Origin: Pseudomonadota bacterium
Lineage (GTDB): Bacteria; Pseudomonadota; Gammaproteobacteria; Burkholderiales; SG8-39
Direction of reading: 5' to 3'
DNA length: 64,000 nucleotides
Assembly: GCA_021811085.1 (NCBI GenBank)
Contig: JAJZPQ010000002.1
Location: forward strand, 132,698 to 196,697
This document shows, piece after piece, positions 8,195 through 18,732 of this stretch (positions are counted from its first letter, which is position 1; each line of letters opens with the position of its first letter). The position numbers and the translations under genes are program-made. The notes under the pieces are model-generated. The model worked only from the letters and a program-made list of their open reading frames with translations. It was not told the origin of the DNA and did not search any database.

Positions 8195-10630
8195 ATGAGT
8201 GATGCAGTGGAAGCAGATGTAAGCAAGATCGACCGATTCGAGATCAGGCAAGTCCTGGGCGAAGGCGGACAGGGCATCGTATACCTCGCGCACGACCCGA
8301 AATTGAAGCGCCAGGTGGCGATCAAGACACTGACGGCGGCGACCGGTGACGAGATGCAGATCCTGCTGCATGAAGCGCGCGCCGTCAGCGCCTTGCAACA
8401 CCCCTGTATCGTACCGGTGTTCGAAGCCGGCGATTATTACGGTACCCCCTACCTCGTTTTCGAATACGTCACCGGCGAGACGCTCGACGCACTGATCAAG
8501 CGCGGCGGCGCGCTGCCGACGGAACGCGCCCTGAAAATCGCGGCACAGGTACTGGACGGTCTGGCCCATGCCCACGAACACGGCGTGCTGCACCGGGACA
8601 TCAAGCCCGCGAACATCATGTTGAACAGCGATGGCATGCCGCGCATCATGGATTTCGGCGCCGCCTCAAGGAATCACGTCAGCTGGCTCGAAGGGGTCCA
8701 TGTCGGCGTCGACGAGGATCTGGTCGGCACCCCTGCCTACATGGCGCCCGAATACATCGAGAAAAAACAGTATTCCGCCGGAACCGATATATTCGCCGCG
8801 GGGCTGGTGTTTTGCGAAATGCTGACCGGCCAGCGCGTTTTCAGAGGCAATGGTGGCAGTGTCGATCAACTGTTGCTGAAGATCGTCAACGATCCCATTG
8901 TGCTGCCAAAGGGCCCCGGCCTGAACGAGAAGTTAGTCGCATGGCTGTTGACAGCCATGGCTAAGGATCCGCAGGCGCGCTACGAGTCGGTGGTGGAAAT
9001 GAAGGAGGCCCTGCTGCGGGCCACCGATTCCGGATCGGGCAAGACTGCCGCAGCCGAAGGCCAGGGCACCGTGGAATTTCTGCTGCGCCGGATCAAGTTG
9101 AAAAAAGAGTTTCCGGCGATGTCGGAGTCCATATCCAACGTCAACAACATCATCTTTTCCGATAGCGGCAGCGTCACCACGCTGACGAATGCGGTGCTCA
9201 AGGATTTCGCGCTCACCAACAAGATCATCAAGCTCGCCAATTCCAGCTATTACAACCCGTCGGGCCGCGGCAACATCAGCACGATTTCCGGCGCAGTCTA
9301 CCGACTCGGTTTCGACACCATCCGCAATATCGTGCTGGGCCTGCTGCTTTTCGACCATGTAAAAGACCGCAACCAGGCGCAGGATCTGATGGCCGAGTGC
9401 GTGCAGGCGATCCTCGGCGGGGCGATCGCCAAGGAGATCTGCATTTCCCAGGGCTACGCCAACGCCGAAGAAACATTTGTCTGCGCCATGATGCACAATC
9501 TCGGACGCCTGCTGTCGATCTACTATTTCCCCGAAGAGACCGAGGAAATCAGAAAACTCTTGGCGCTGGGCGGAGCCGACGAAGAACAAATCTCGAGGAA
9601 AGTGCTCGGCGCGAGCTACACCGAACTCGGCCAGGGCGTCGCGAAATCATGGGGATTTCCGCAGAAAATCATCGGCAGCATGGACAAGAATCCGCCGCAC
9701 AATGCGCCGCGCGGGCGCCCCAATCCGGACGAGACCACGCGCCTGATTGCGTGCATGGCAACCGATCTGTCCGCCGCGGTGGTGACCGGCGATCCAGGGG
9801 AGCAAAAGAAACGCTCCGCCGAGGCGTTGGAAAAATACAAGGGCCGGCTGAAGCTGAATCCGAATGCGGCCGATGGCATGTTCCTGCGCTCTCTGGAAAA
9901 ATTCAAAGAATACACCGTGGCGGTAGGGTGGAAACTCGACCAGGGCATCGCCGATAGGCTCGGCATGCTGCAGCTAGCGGAAGACGATGCCGGCGCCGAT
10001 GTCACTCAACTCTTGCCGCCTGCACCCGCGCAAACCGAGGACATCGAGAACACCATGCGCATGGGCGTGCGCAGCGTGGCGGCCGCGCCGTCCGCGCCGC
10101 CACTGGAACTCGCGCGGCGGAACAAGGACGTGCTGTCCGGGGGAATACAGGACATCACCAATGCCATGGTCGAAGGCAGCAGCCTGAACGACATCCTGCG
10201 CATCATCATCGAGACGATCTATACCGGTATCTGCTTCGATCATGTGATCTTCGCCCTGCGCGAATCCAGGAGCGCGGCCATGACCGGGCGGTTCGGACTG
10301 GGCGATGGGATCGATACCCTGGTCGAGCAGTTTCATTTCACCCTCGATTTCGTGCCCGATGTGTTTCACGTCGCGCTGCAGAGGAACATCGACGTATTCA
10401 TCAGCGATACCGGCGACCCCAAAATTGCGGCGCGCATCCCGCAGTGGTACCGCAAGGCGTTTGCGGCGGGGGCGTTTCTGCTGTTTCCGATCGTCGTCAA
10501 GGACAAGCCGTTCGGCATGATCTACGCCGACGCCGCCCGCGCGAACTCGGTCAGGATTGAGGAAGACGAGATCAAACTCCTGCGCACCTTGCGTAACCAG
10601 GCCGTGCTGGCAGTCCGCCATTCGGCCTGA
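8195..10630 (+). CDS. Hanks-type Ser/Thr protein kinase fused to HDOD and C-terminal GAF domains
   Basis: Kinase motifs GEGGQGIVY, VAIKTL, HRDIKPANIML, DFG and YMAPEY. Central HDOD (FPAMSESISNVNNII...LANSSYYN...ISGAVYRLGFDTIRN). C-terminal GAF-like region (SLNDILRIIIETIY...FGMIYAD). Start is ATG 8195 or 8162. Confidence 0.85.
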   Translation: MSDAVEADVSKIDRFEIRQVLGEGGQGIVYLAHDPKLKRQVAIKTLTAATGDEMQILLHEARAVSALQHPCIVPVFEAGDYYGTPYLVFEYVTGETLDALIKRGGALPTERALKIAAQVLDGLAHAHEHGVLHRDIKPANIMLNSDGMPRIMDFGAASRNHVSWLEGVHVGVDEDLVGTPAYMAPEYIEKKQYSAGTDIFAAGLVFCEMLTGQRVFRGNGGSVDQLLLKIVNDPIVLPKGPGLNEKLVAWLLTAMAKDPQARYESVVEMKEALLRATDSGSGKTAAAEGQGTVEFLLRRIKLKKEFPAMSESISNVNNIIFSDSGSVTTLTNAVLKDFALTNKIIKLANSSYYNPSGRGNISTISGAVYRLGFDTIRNIVLGLLLFDHVKDRNQAQDLMAECVQAILGGAIAKEICISQGYANAEETFVCAMMHNLGRLLSIYYFPEETEEIRKLLALGGADEEQISRKVLGASYTELGQGVAKSWGFPQKIIGSMDKNPPHNAPRGRPNPDETTRLIACMATDLSAAVVTGDPGEQKKRSAEALEKYKGRLKLNPNAADGMFLRSLEKFKEYTVAVGWKLDQGIADRLGMLQLAEDDAGADVTQLLPPAPAQTEDIENTMRMGVRSVAAAPSAPPLELARRNKDVLSGGIQDITNAMVEGSSLNDILRIIIETIYTGICFDHVIFALRESRSAAMTGRFGLGDGIDTLVEQFHFTLDFVPDVFHVALQRNIDVFISDTGDPKIAARIPQWYRKAFAAGAFLLFPIVVKDKPFGMIYADAARANSVRIEEDEIKLLRTLRNQAVLAVRHSA

Positions 10631-10754
10631 ACGCGCCGTGCGCCGATGCCGGGACAAAACGCAGGTTCTGCAGTGTCAGCGCCGCTTGCTCAAGCGGAAT
10701 CTTTCCCCTTCTCGAAATCGGGAATCGGCCGGTCGAGCAGTCAGCGTGGAAACC

Positions 10755-10828
10755 TGGAGGCTGGGGTCGGAATCGAACCGGCGTACACGGCTTTGCAGGC
10801 CGCTGCATGACCACTCTGCCACCCAGCC
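10755..10828 (-). tRNA. tRNA-Cys (GCA)
   Basis: Reverse complement GGCTGGGTGGCAGAGTGGTCATGCAGCGGCCTGCAAAGCCGTGTACGCCGGTTCGATTCCGACCCCAGCCTCCA. 74 nt, cloverleaf-compatible acceptor and T arms (GGTTCGATTCC), anticodon loop CT-GCA-AA, encoded CCA. Confidence 0.93.
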
Positions 10829-10926
10829 GTATAGAGCACGCGCCAGCCAGGCGCTGCGGCAATCTGGAACGGGGAGCGCGCCTGCGGCTTGCGCCGCAGG
10901 CCGTTACGCGCCTTCCCTTCGAATCT

Positions 10927-11002
10927 TGGAGCGGCAGAAGAGTCTCGAACTCTCGACCTCAACCTTGGCAAGGTTGCGCTCTACCAACTGAGCTACTGCC
11001 GC
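10927..11002 (-). tRNA. tRNA-Gly (GCC)
   Basis: Reverse complement GCGGCAGTAGCTCAGTTGGTAGAGCGCAACCTTGCCAAGGTTGAGGTCGAGAGTTCGAGACTCTTCTGCCGCTCCA. 76 nt, D-loop AGCTCAGTTGGTAGAGC, anticodon GCC, encoded CCA. Confidence 0.93.
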
Positions 11003-11040
11003 AAGAGGATGCGAATTATACCGGGGTTTTGCCCCGGGGA

Positions 11041-11610
11041 TCAACCATGTTTTATCACTGTGGGCATGGCCATTTTGAGGTAATAAAACATGGACCACAG
11101 GGTGAGCACTGCCGCGAGCAGGATCAGCCCGGTGCCCCAAGGCTGCGGCCGGAACGCGCCGATCGCATCGTGGTAGAGCAGCATCGGGATCGCGACCATC
11201 TGCGACACGGTCTTGATCTTGCCCACCATGGATACGGCGACGCTTTTGCCTGCGCCCAGCTGCGCCATCCACTCGCGCAGCGCCGAAATGGTGATTTCCC
11301 TGCCGATGATGATCACCGCGATCACCGCGTTCAGCCGGTTGAGGTCGACCAGCACGATCAGCGCCGCAGCGACCATCAGCTTGTCCGCGACCGGATCGAG
11401 GAAAGCGCCGAACGCGGACACCTGGTTCAGCTTGCGCGCGAGATAGCCGTCGAGCAGATCGGTCAGCGCTGCAGCCGTAAAAATGACGGTCGCGATCAGA
11501 TTTTGTTGCGGCGGCGTGAGCCAGGTGGGCGGGAAATAATACACGCCCACGAACAGCGGAATCATCACAATGCGCATCCAGGTGAGCGCATTCGGAACAT
11601 TGAAACGCAT
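11041..11610 (-). CDS. pgsA: CDP-diacylglycerol--glycerol-3-phosphate 3-phosphatidyltransferase
   Basis: MRFNVPNALTWMRIVMIPLF and the CDP-alcohol phosphatidyltransferase motif DLLDGYLARK...GAFLDPVADK. Start at ATG 11610. uvrC-pgsA-tRNAGly-tRNACys order as in E. coli. Confidence 0.9.
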   Translation of the reverse strand: MRFNVPNALTWMRIVMIPLFVGVYYFPPTWLTPPQQNLIATVIFTAAALTDLLDGYLARKLNQVSAFGAFLDPVADKLMVAAALIVLVDLNRLNAVIAVIIIGREITISALREWMAQLGAGKSVAVSMVGKIKTVSQMVAIPMLLYHDAIGAFRPQPWGTGLILLAAVLTLWSMFYYLKMAMPTVIKHG

Positions 11611-11724
11611 GGCGAATATCCAAAAATGCAGGCTTCCTCGCGTGCCAGCCGCGCCCGGAAGCGCCGACCGCCGCTCGCACCGGGTTGCAATACCAGCCGT
11701 CAAGATACCTCAATCGGCCGCAGC

Positions 11725-13551
11725 TTAGTGCAACTCCCGGTAAATTTTTTCGGCCAGCTTGCGGCTGATGCCCTGCACCTGGGCCAGGTCGTCGATGCTC
11801 GCGCCGATCACTCCCTTGAGGCCGCCGAAACGCGCCAGCAGCTCCCTGCGCCGTTTCGCGCCGATGCCGCTGATGCCTTCCAGCGACGAAGTCACGCGCG
11901 CCTTGCCGCGGCGCGCGCGATGCCCGGTGATGGCGAAGCGGTGTGCTTCGTCGCGGATCGCCTGGATCAGATGCAGGCCCGGATTGTCGCGCGCAAGCTG
12001 GATGCTGCTCTTGCCGTCGGCGCAGATCAGCTGTTCCAGGCCCGGCTTGCGCGCCTCGCCCTTGGCCACGCCGTAGAGATAGATGTCGCTCAAACCGAGT
12101 TCGGCCAGCACCTCGCGCGCTACGCCGACCTGGCCCTTGCCGCCGTCGATCAGGATCAGGTCGGGCACGACCCCCTCCCCGCGCGAAATCTTCTCGTAGC
12201 GGCGCTGCAGCACCGAGCGCATGGCGGCATAATCGTCGCCGGCCTGTATGCCGGCGATGTTGTAGCGCCGATATTCGGAATTGCGCATCTCCGCGCGGTC
12301 ATAGACGACGCAGGAGGCGACCGTCGCCTCGCCCTGGGTATGACTGATGTCGAAGCATTCGATGCGCTGAACCGTATCGGGCAGCGCCAGGGCCTCGCGC
12401 AGCGCGGCCAGCCGCGCTTCCTGGTTGCTGGCCTCCGACAGGCGCTGCGCCAGCGCCAGCTGGGCGTTCTTTTGCGCCATCTCGACCCAGGCGCGGCGCT
12501 GCCCCTGCGGCCGCACGACGATCTGGACCGCATGCCCTGCCTGCTGCGCCAGCGCAGCCTCGATCTCCTGCGCATCGAACTCCGCCCCGGCGACGATGAT
12601 CGCCGGCACCTGCCGGTTCACGTAATGCTGCGCGAGGAAAGCCTGCAGCACCTCGGACGCGCTGCGCTCCTCGGCGTTGTGCGGAAAAAAGCTCTTGTCG
12701 CCCAGCTGCCGGCCCTGGCGCACCATGGTCAGGTTGACGCAGGCCGCACCCGCGGCTTCGGCGCAGGCGATGATGTCGGCGTCGCCGCCCGTGCTGCTTT
12801 CGGCGTACTGCTTGTGCTGCATGGTCGCCAGCGCCTGGATCTGGTCGCGGTAGAACGCAGCCTGTTCGTAGCGCTGCAGCTCCGCGGCCGCGCGCATTTT
12901 TTCGCCCAGGGCCTGCAGCACGTCGTCCTCGCGTCCCTGCAGGAACAGTTCGGCATTTTTCGCATCGGCGGCATAGCTGTCGCTGTCGATCAGCCCGACG
13001 CAGGGCGCCGAGCAGCGCCGAATCTGGTGCAGCAGGCAGGGCCGGGAGCGGTTCTGGAACACCGAATCCTCGCAGGTGCGCAGGCGGAAGATCTTTTGCA
13101 GCAGCTGTATGCTTTCGCGCACCGCGCCAGTGTGCGGGAACGGGCCGAAGTAGCGGTTCTTGCCGTCGAGCGCGCCGCGGTGAAAGCCCAGGCGCGGATA
13201 GGCATGGCCGCTCAGCATCAGATAGGGATAGGACTTGTCGTCGCGGAACAGGATGTTGTAGCGCGGCGCAAGCGACTTGATCAGGTTGTTTTCCAGGATC
13301 AACGCCTCGGCCTCCGAGCGCGTCACCGTGGTCTCGATCGTTGCGACCTGCGTCAGCATGAGCTCGATGCGCGGGCTCTGCTGGGTCTTCTGGAAATACG
13401 AGCTCACGCGCTTTTTCAGGTCGCGCGCCTTGCCCACGTAGAGCACGTCGCTCTTCGCGTTGAGCATGCGATACACGCCGGGCAAATGCGGCAGGCGGCT
13501 GATCAGCGCCGGCGCGTCGAAAGCCGGCGCGGCTTGCGCAGGCGCGGTCAT
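11725..13551 (-). CDS. uvrC: Excinuclease ABC subunit C
   Basis: GIY-YIG N-terminus ([26 protein letters not shown]), UVR domain, C-terminal (HhH)2 ([23 protein letters not shown]). Start ATG 13551 forms an ATGA overlap with the upstream UDG stop. Confidence 0.93.
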   Translation of the reverse strand: MTAPAQAAPAFDAPALISRLPHLPGVYRMLNAKSDVLYVGKARDLKKRVSSYFQKTQQSPRIELMLTQVATIETTVTRSEAEALILENNLIKSLAPRYNILFRDDKSYPYLMLSGHAYPRLGFHRGALDGKNRYFGPFPHTGAVRESIQLLQKIFRLRTCEDSVFQNRSRPCLLHQIRRCSAPCVGLIDSDSYAADAKNAELFLQGREDDVLQALGEKMRAAAELQRYEQAAFYRDQIQALATMQHKQYAESSTGGDADIIACAEAAGAACVNLTMVRQGRQLGDKSFFPHNAEERSASEVLQAFLAQHYVNRQVPAIIVAGAEFDAQEIEAALAQQAGHAVQIVVRPQGQRRAWVEMAQKNAQLALAQRLSEASNQEARLAALREALALPDTVQRIECFDISHTQGEATVASCVVYDRAEMRNSEYRRYNIAGIQAGDDYAAMRSVLQRRYEKISRGEGVVPDLILIDGGKGQVGVAREVLAELGLSDIYLYGVAKGEARKPGLEQLICADGKSSIQLARDNPGLHLIQAIRDEAHRFAITGHRARRGKARVTSSLEGISGIGAKRRRELLARFGGLKGVIGASIDDLAQVQGISRKLAEKIYRELH

Positions 13552-14198
13552 GGCGGCCCCAATTCGGCAACGATGTCGCGCAATACCGCGTGGAACATGG
13601 CCTCGGTGAGCCGCTTGGTCTGCGTATTGTAGCGGCTGCAATGATAGCTATCGTAGAGCCTGATGCCTGCAGAAGCGTGCGGCGTCGGCAGGTCGTGCAC
13701 GGCGTGATGCGCAAATTTGCGGCTCGCGCGCTTGAGCCCGCAAGCGAGCAGCACCGCCTCGTGCGCGATGCTGCCCAAAGCGAGGATCACGCGCGGCGGC
13801 CGCGCCCGCAGTTCGGCCGCGAGATAGCGATTGCAGCAGCGGATCTCCTGCGGCAGCGGCTTGTTCTGCGGCGGCAGGCACTTCACTGCGTTGCTGATGC
13901 GGCAGCTCTTCAGCACCAGCGGGTCGTCGGCCGCCACCGACTCGGCCTGGCTGGCGAAGCCGAACTGATGCAGGCTGCGGTACAGCAGGATGCCCGCATG
14001 ATCGCCGGTGAAGGGCCTCCCGGTGCGATTGGCCCCGTGCATGCCGGGCGCAAGGCCCACGATCAGCAGGTCGGCTGCGGCGTCGCCGAACGCAGGCACC
14101 GGCCGCGCATGGTAGCCGGGATACTCCTGCCGCACCTGCTCGAGAAAGTCGGCGAGGCGTGCGCAATCGCGGCAATCGAGGTCGAAGCTAACGGTCAT
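13548..14198 (-). CDS. Uracil-DNA glycosylase superfamily protein (family 4/5-like)
   Basis: [30 protein letters not shown] matches the GLAP..HG.NRTGR.FTGD motif of UDG family 5-type enzymes. Start at ATG 14198 (MTVSFDLDC). Confidence 0.8.
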   Translation of the reverse strand: MTVSFDLDCRDCARLADFLEQVRQEYPGYHARPVPAFGDAAADLLIVGLAPGMHGANRTGRPFTGDHAGILLYRSLHQFGFASQAESVAADDPLVLKSCRISNAVKCLPPQNKPLPQEIRCCNRYLAAELRARPPRVILALGSIAHEAVLLACGLKRASRKFAHHAVHDLPTPHASAGIRLYDSYHCSRYNTQTKRLTEAMFHAVLRDIVAELGPP

Positions 14199-14226
14199 GG
14201 GCGATGCGCGCGCGGCCGCCGCAAGC

Positions 14227-15270
14227 TCAAGCCAGAGCGGCGACGAAGCGCGCGAGTCCCTCTTGCGCCAGCTGGAAGCGCGCATGCGCATGCAGCGTGG
14301 CCAGCCCCGGCGCCAGGCGCACTCCGCGCATCGCGGCGGCGCGCCGCTGGTCAAGCGATGCTCCGTCCAGGCCGTCGAGCAGTTCCTGCGCCGCTGCGGG
14401 CGCATTGCACAACAGCACCATGTCGCATCCCGCATCGAGTGCAGCTCGCCCCCGCTCGACCACACCGCCGGCAACGCTGGCACCTTCCATCGAAAGATCG
14501 TCGCTGAATATCATGCCGTCGAAGCCGAGTTGCCGGCGCAGGATTCGGCGCAGCCACAGCGAAGAAAATCCGGCCGCGTGCGCATCGACCGCGGGGTAGA
14601 TCACGTGCGCCGGCATCACCGCCGCCAAGCCGTGCTGGATCAGATCCCTGTAGGGAAGCAGGTCGGCCGCCTCGATGTCGGCATAACTGCGCTCGTCTAC
14701 CGGCAGCGCCAGATGCGAATCGGCGCGCACATAGCCGTGTCCGGGAAAATGCTTGCCCACGTTCGCCATGCCCGCTTCACGCAGGCCCGCAAGCAATGCC
14801 GCCGACAGCTGCGCGATCGCCACGGGATCCGAATGCAAGGCGCGATCGCCGATCACGCCGCTCGCGCCGAAATCCACGTCCAGCACCGGCGTGAAGCTGA
14901 AGTCCACGCCGCAAGCGAGCAGCTCGCTCGCGAGCACGTAGGCGATATCGCCGGCCGCCTTGCAGGCAGCTGCGCGGTCGCGGTCCCAGGCCTCGCCCAG
15001 GCGCCGCATCGGCGGTATCGCCGAAAAACCATGGCGAAAGCGCTGTACCCGGCCGCCCTCGTGGTCGACCGCAAGCAGCAGTTCGGGCGCGCGCAAGGCG
15101 CGGATTGCTGCCGTCAGTTCGCACAGCTGCTGCGGCGAGCGGTAATTGCGGGTAAACAAAATCACGCCGCCGACCAGGGGGTGGCGCAGGATTTCGCATT
15201 CCGCCGCGCTCAATTCCGTGCCGGCTATGTCGAGCATCACCGGTCCCAAGTCCTGACGCGCCTCAGCCAT
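14227..15270 (-). CDS. nagZ: Beta-N-acetylhexosaminidase (peptidoglycan recycling)
   Basis: 347 aa. MLDIAGTELSAAECEILRHPLVGGVILFTRNY, LLLAVDHEGGRVQRF, KHFPGHG: GH3 NagZ pattern. Confidence 0.88.
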   Translation of the reverse strand: MAEARQDLGPVMLDIAGTELSAAECEILRHPLVGGVILFTRNYRSPQQLCELTAAIRALRAPELLLAVDHEGGRVQRFRHGFSAIPPMRRLGEAWDRDRAAACKAAGDIAYVLASELLACGVDFSFTPVLDVDFGASGVIGDRALHSDPVAIAQLSAALLAGLREAGMANVGKHFPGHGYVRADSHLALPVDERSYADIEAADLLPYRDLIQHGLAAVMPAHVIYPAVDAHAAGFSSLWLRRILRRQLGFDGMIFSDDLSMEGASVAGGVVERGRAALDAGCDMVLLCNAPAAAQELLDGLDGASLDQRRAAAMRGVRLAPGLATLHAHARFQLAQEGLARFVAALA

Positions 15271-15652
15271 GGTCTTCTCCCTCCAGCACCACGAAAGCGC
15301 AAGCCATCTCCACTTCGTCGCTCAGGCTGAGATGGGCGTGACGGATGCCGCGCTGATCGAGCAGCGCGGCGAGCGGCTCGGAAAACTGCAGGTAGGGCCG
15401 GCCCGAGCGTTCGTTGGCGACGCTGACGTTATGCCAGTTGACCGGGAAATGGATGCCGGTGCCCATGGCCTTGGAAAACGCCTCTTTGGCGGCAAAGCGC
15501 TTGGCCAGGTAATGCGCGGGTTTCACGTGCGCGCAAAAGCGCTCGTATTCGTGTTCGACCAGCACACGCAGGGCGAAACGGTGGCCGAAGCGCGCCAGCG
15601 CGCGTTCGATGCGGCGGATATCGATCAGATCAGTGCCGGTACCGAGGATCAC
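15263..15652 (-). CDS. acpS: Holo-[acyl-carrier-protein] synthase
   Basis: [16 protein letters not shown]-terminus and [10 protein letters not shown] motif. GTG start at 15652 overlaps the pdxJ stop (GTGA). 129 aa, the expected size. Confidence 0.85.
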   Translation of the reverse strand: MILGTGTDLIDIRRIERALARFGHRFALRVLVEHEYERFCAHVKPAHYLAKRFAAKEAFSKAMGTGIHFPVNWHNVSVANERSGRPYLQFSEPLAALLDQRGIRHAHLSLSDEVEMACAFVVLEGEDHG

Positions 15653-16374
15653 GCGCGCCTGGCCTCGGTCATCAGCCGTTTCATTTCGCGCACCGCCGCC
15701 TCCCAGCCGGTGAAAATGGCCTGCGCCACGATCGCATGCCCGATATTGAGTTCGGCGATGCCCGGCACGGCGGCGATCGGTCCGACGTTGTCGTAATTGA
15801 GGCCATGGCCCGCGTTCACTTTCAGGCCGATGCGCCTGCCGTATTCGACGGCGGCGCAAATGCGCTTGAATTCGGCTTGCTGCTCGTCTTGCGCGGCGTC
15901 GGCGTAGTGGCCGGTGTGCAGTTCGATCACCGGCGCGCCGGCCGCCTTCGCCGCATCGATCTGCGCCGTATCGGCATCGATGAACAGGGACACGCGAATT
16001 CCCGCCGCACCAAGCAGCTGGCAGGCTTCGCGCACGCGTACGAGCTGGCTCGCCACATCCAGGCCGCCTTCCGTGGTCAGCTCCTGGCGCCGCTCCGGCA
16101 CCAGGCAGACATCGTGCGGCCGGATGCGCAGCGCGAACTGCAGCATTTCCGGCGTCACCGCGGACTCCAGGTTCATGCGCGTGCGCAGCTGTGCGCGCAG
16201 CGCCTGCACGTCGCGGTCCTGGATATGACGCCGGTCTTCGCGCAGATGCAGCGTAATCGCATCGGCGCCGGCGTTTTCGGCGAGCAGGGCTGCACGCAGC
16301 GGATCCGGATAGCTCGTGCCGCGCACCTGGCGCAGCGTAGCCACATGGTCGATGTTCACGCCGAGTTCAATCAC
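15649..16374 (-). CDS. pdxJ: Pyridoxine 5'-phosphate synthase
   Basis: 241 aa. [46 protein letters not shown]. Confidence 0.93.
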   Translation of the reverse strand: MIELGVNIDHVATLRQVRGTSYPDPLRAALLAENAGADAITLHLREDRRHIQDRDVQALRAQLRTRMNLESAVTPEMLQFALRIRPHDVCLVPERRQELTTEGGLDVASQLVRVREACQLLGAAGIRVSLFIDADTAQIDAAKAAGAPVIELHTGHYADAAQDEQQAEFKRICAAVEYGRRIGLKVNAGHGLNYDNVGPIAAVPGIAELNIGHAIVAQAIFTGWEAAVREMKRLMTEARRA

Positions 16375-17093
16375 AATTGCTGCAGCTCCTCGAATATGCG
16401 CCGGCTGTTGAGCGGTTTCTGCTCCAGGCGATGGCTGATCAGCAGGCGCATCAGGGCTTTCGCCTGCTGCAGGGTCTGCGGGTCGCGGTAGTCGTCGCGC
16501 ACGATATCGAGCAGTGTGCGTCCCGACAGCACCAGCCCGGCAGGTGCGCCGCCGTTGATCGAGACCGGCCCGCGTTCCGGTTCGTAGGCATAAGATCCCT
16601 GCGGTTCGATCTGCGCGCCGCTGGCGCTGTCCCGGTCCAGGGCAAGCGCATAGCCGAGTTCGCGCAGCAGCGCCTTCTCGAAACGGCGCAACACCGCCCC
16701 CGGCTCGGCTTCCTCGCCCAGGCGCGCCAGCGCCGTCTGATAATCGAGGAACAATTGCTCGTGTGCGTCCTCGCGCGGCAGCAGCTTCAACAGCAGTTCG
16801 TTAAGGTAGAAACCGCACAGCAGCGCCCTGCCCTGCAGGCGCGGCTGCCCGCCCTGCCATTCCGCACGCAGCAGCAGGCGCAGTTCGCCGCGGCCGGACC
16901 AGCTCAGTCCCAGAGGCTGAAACGCCATGATGCTGCCGCGCAGGGCCGAGCGCGGGCGCTTGGCGCCGCGTGCCACCATGCCCACGCGGCCGTGCGCGCG
17001 GGTGAAGGTCTCCACTACCAGGCTGGTCTCGCGAAACGGGTAGGTATGCAGGACATAGCCGAGCTGATTGTCCTGGCGCGCGCGCGTGCTCAT
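16371..17093 (-). CDS. recO: DNA repair protein RecO
   Basis: 240 aa. [39 protein letters not shown]-terminal OB-fold pattern. Conserved era-recO-pdxJ context. Confidence 0.85.
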   Translation of the reverse strand: MSTRARQDNQLGYVLHTYPFRETSLVVETFTRAHGRVGMVARGAKRPRSALRGSIMAFQPLGLSWSGRGELRLLLRAEWQGGQPRLQGRALLCGFYLNELLLKLLPREDAHEQLFLDYQTALARLGEEAEPGAVLRRFEKALLRELGYALALDRDSASGAQIEPQGSYAYEPERGPVSINGGAPAGLVLSGRTLLDIVRDDYRDPQTLQQAKALMRLLISHRLEQKPLNSRRIFEELQQL

Positions 17094-17160
17094 TGGACTG
17101 GCTGGTCGCTGCGCGTCAAGCCCATATCGAACCTGCGCCCCTCGGGACGGCCCGCCGGAC

Positions 17161-18054
17161 TCACGGCTCGAACCCCAGATTCTTCAGCGTGCGCTCATCG
17201 TCGGTCCAGCCCTGCTTCACTTTGACCCAGATTTGCAGAAATACCTTGCCGCCGAACAGTTTCTCCATGTCGCGCCGCGCGTCGGTCCCGATCAGCTTCA
17301 GCTTTTCTCCGCCTTTGCCGATTACCATCGATTTATGGCTGGCCTTGTCGACGATGATGGCGACATGGATGCGCCGCAGTCTGCCCTCGGTTTCGAATTT
17401 CTCCACGATGGTGCTGGCGCCATAAGGCAGCTCGTCCCCGAGTTGCCGGAACAGTTTCTCGCGCACCAACTCCGCGGCGAGAAAGCGTTCGCTGCGGTCG
17501 GTGAATTCGCCTGCCGGGTAGAGCGCGGGTTGCTGCGGCAGATGCGCGCGCAACGCCTGCAGCAAAGCCGCGGTCTGCTCGCCGCTCTTGGCGCTGACGG
17601 GGACGATGTCCGAAAACGCCCGATCCGCCTGGAGTTCGGCCAGCAGAGGCAGCAGCAGATTCTTGTTCGCCAGGCGGTCGATCTTGTTCAGCGCGAGCAC
17701 GGCGGGCCGTCCCGGCGGCAGCAGTCCGAACACCTGCCGGTCCTCGCGGCTGATGCGTCCGGCCTCGATCACCACCAGGATCACGTCGACGTCGTGCAAC
17801 GCCTGGGTAATGCTGCGATTCATGAGGCGGTTGAGCGCGCTCGCGTTCTTGGTCTGGAACCCGGGGGTGTCGACGAATACGTATTGTGCGTCGGCGCCGG
17901 TGCGTATGCCGGTAATGCGATGGCGTGTGGTCTGCGCCTTGCGCGAAGTGATGCTGACCTTTTCCCCGACCAGGTGATTCAGCAGCGTGGACTTGCCCAC
18001 ATTGGGCCGGCCGATGATGGCAATCGTGCCGCAGCGAAAGTCGGCCGATTTCAC
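17161..18054 (-). CDS. era: GTPase Era
   Basis: G1 [17 protein letters not shown]3 DTPG, G4 NKID, C-terminal KH domain. No in-frame ATG near the N-terminus; GTG at 18054 overlaps the rnc stop (GTGA) and gives a normal 297-aa Era. Confidence 0.9.
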   Translation of the reverse strand: MKSADFRCGTIAIIGRPNVGKSTLLNHLVGEKVSITSRKAQTTRHRITGIRTGADAQYVFVDTPGFQTKNASALNRLMNRSITQALHDVDVILVVIEAGRISREDRQVFGLLPPGRPAVLALNKIDRLANKNLLLPLLAELQADRAFSDIVPVSAKSGEQTAALLQALRAHLPQQPALYPAGEFTDRSERFLAAELVREKLFRQLGDELPYGASTIVEKFETEGRLRRIHVAIIVDKASHKSMVIGKGGEKLKLIGTDARRDMEKLFGGKVFLQIWVKVKQGWTDDERTLKNLGFEP

Positions 18055-18719
18055 TTTTGCGTCAGCTCGAATGCGTGCTGCGCCGCTTCCTGCTCGGCTA
18101 TGCGCCGGCTGGCGCCGAAACCGGTGGTGCGGATCGCAAGTTCCGGAATATGGCATTCCACCTGGAACTGCTGTTTATGCGCGGCGCCTTTGGTCGCGAC
18201 GACGGCATATTGCGGCAGCGGAATTCTGCGCGCCTGCAGCGACTCCTGCAGCAGGGTCTTGGGATCCTTGCCCAGCGTTTGCGGATCCAGGTGCTCGAGC
18301 AAAGAGGCGTACAGGCTGCGGATCACACCCTGCGCCGCGCCGAAGCCTCCGTCCAGGAACACCGCGCCGAACAAGGCCTCGAGGCTGTCGGCGAGGATGG
18401 AAGGCCGGCGAAAACCGCCGCTCTTGAGCTCGCCCTCGCCCAGGCGCAGGTAAGTGCCCAGTTCCAGCTGCTGCGCCAGTTCGGCAAGGGCTTCCTGCCG
18501 CACCAGACTCGCACGCAGGCGCGACAGTTCGCCTTCTTTCAGCTCGCCGAAGCGCCGGTACAGCTCATCTGCAATACAGCAATTGAGGATGCTGTCGCCG
18601 AGAAACTCGATGCGCTCGTTATGCGCGAGGCTGTGGCTGCGGTGCGTCAGCGCCTGCTGCAACAGGGACGCCTGCGCGAAGCTGTAGCCCAGCTTTCGCT
18701 GTAGCGGCCCGTAGTCCAT
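18051..18719 (-). CDS. rnc: Ribonuclease III
   Basis: Signature [12 protein letters not shown] and a C-terminal dsRBD. Start at ATG 18719 ([12 protein letters not shown]). Confidence 0.92.
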   Translation of the reverse strand: MDYGPLQRKLGYSFAQASLLQQALTHRSHSLAHNERIEFLGDSILNCCIADELYRRFGELKEGELSRLRASLVRQEALAELAQQLELGTYLRLGEGELKSGGFRRPSILADSLEALFGAVFLDGGFGAAQGVIRSLYASLLEHLDPQTLGKDPKTLLQESLQARRIPLPQYAVVATKGAAHKQQFQVECHIPELAIRTTGFGASRRIAEQEAAQHAFELTQK

Positions 18720-18732
18720 CGCACCTCGGAGC

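Noticed and set aside
10631-10754. Expected third tRNA (Leu) downstream of tRNA-Cys, as in E. coli glyW-cysT-leuZ
   Set aside because: No acceptor/T-arm pattern or GGTTCGA-type box is visible in this 124-nt gap. There is only a weak 6-bp hairpin (CCGCTT-GCTC-AAGCGG, 10682-10697) that might terminate the kinase gene.
10807-13632. 941-aa plus-strand ORF
   Set aside because: It is antisense to pgsA and uvrC, whose products carry unambiguous motifs (GIY-YIG, CDP-alcohol transferase). Its translation is Arg/Ala/Gly/His/Gln-rich with no motif, and it runs across two tRNA genes. This is a typical high-GC shadow ORF.
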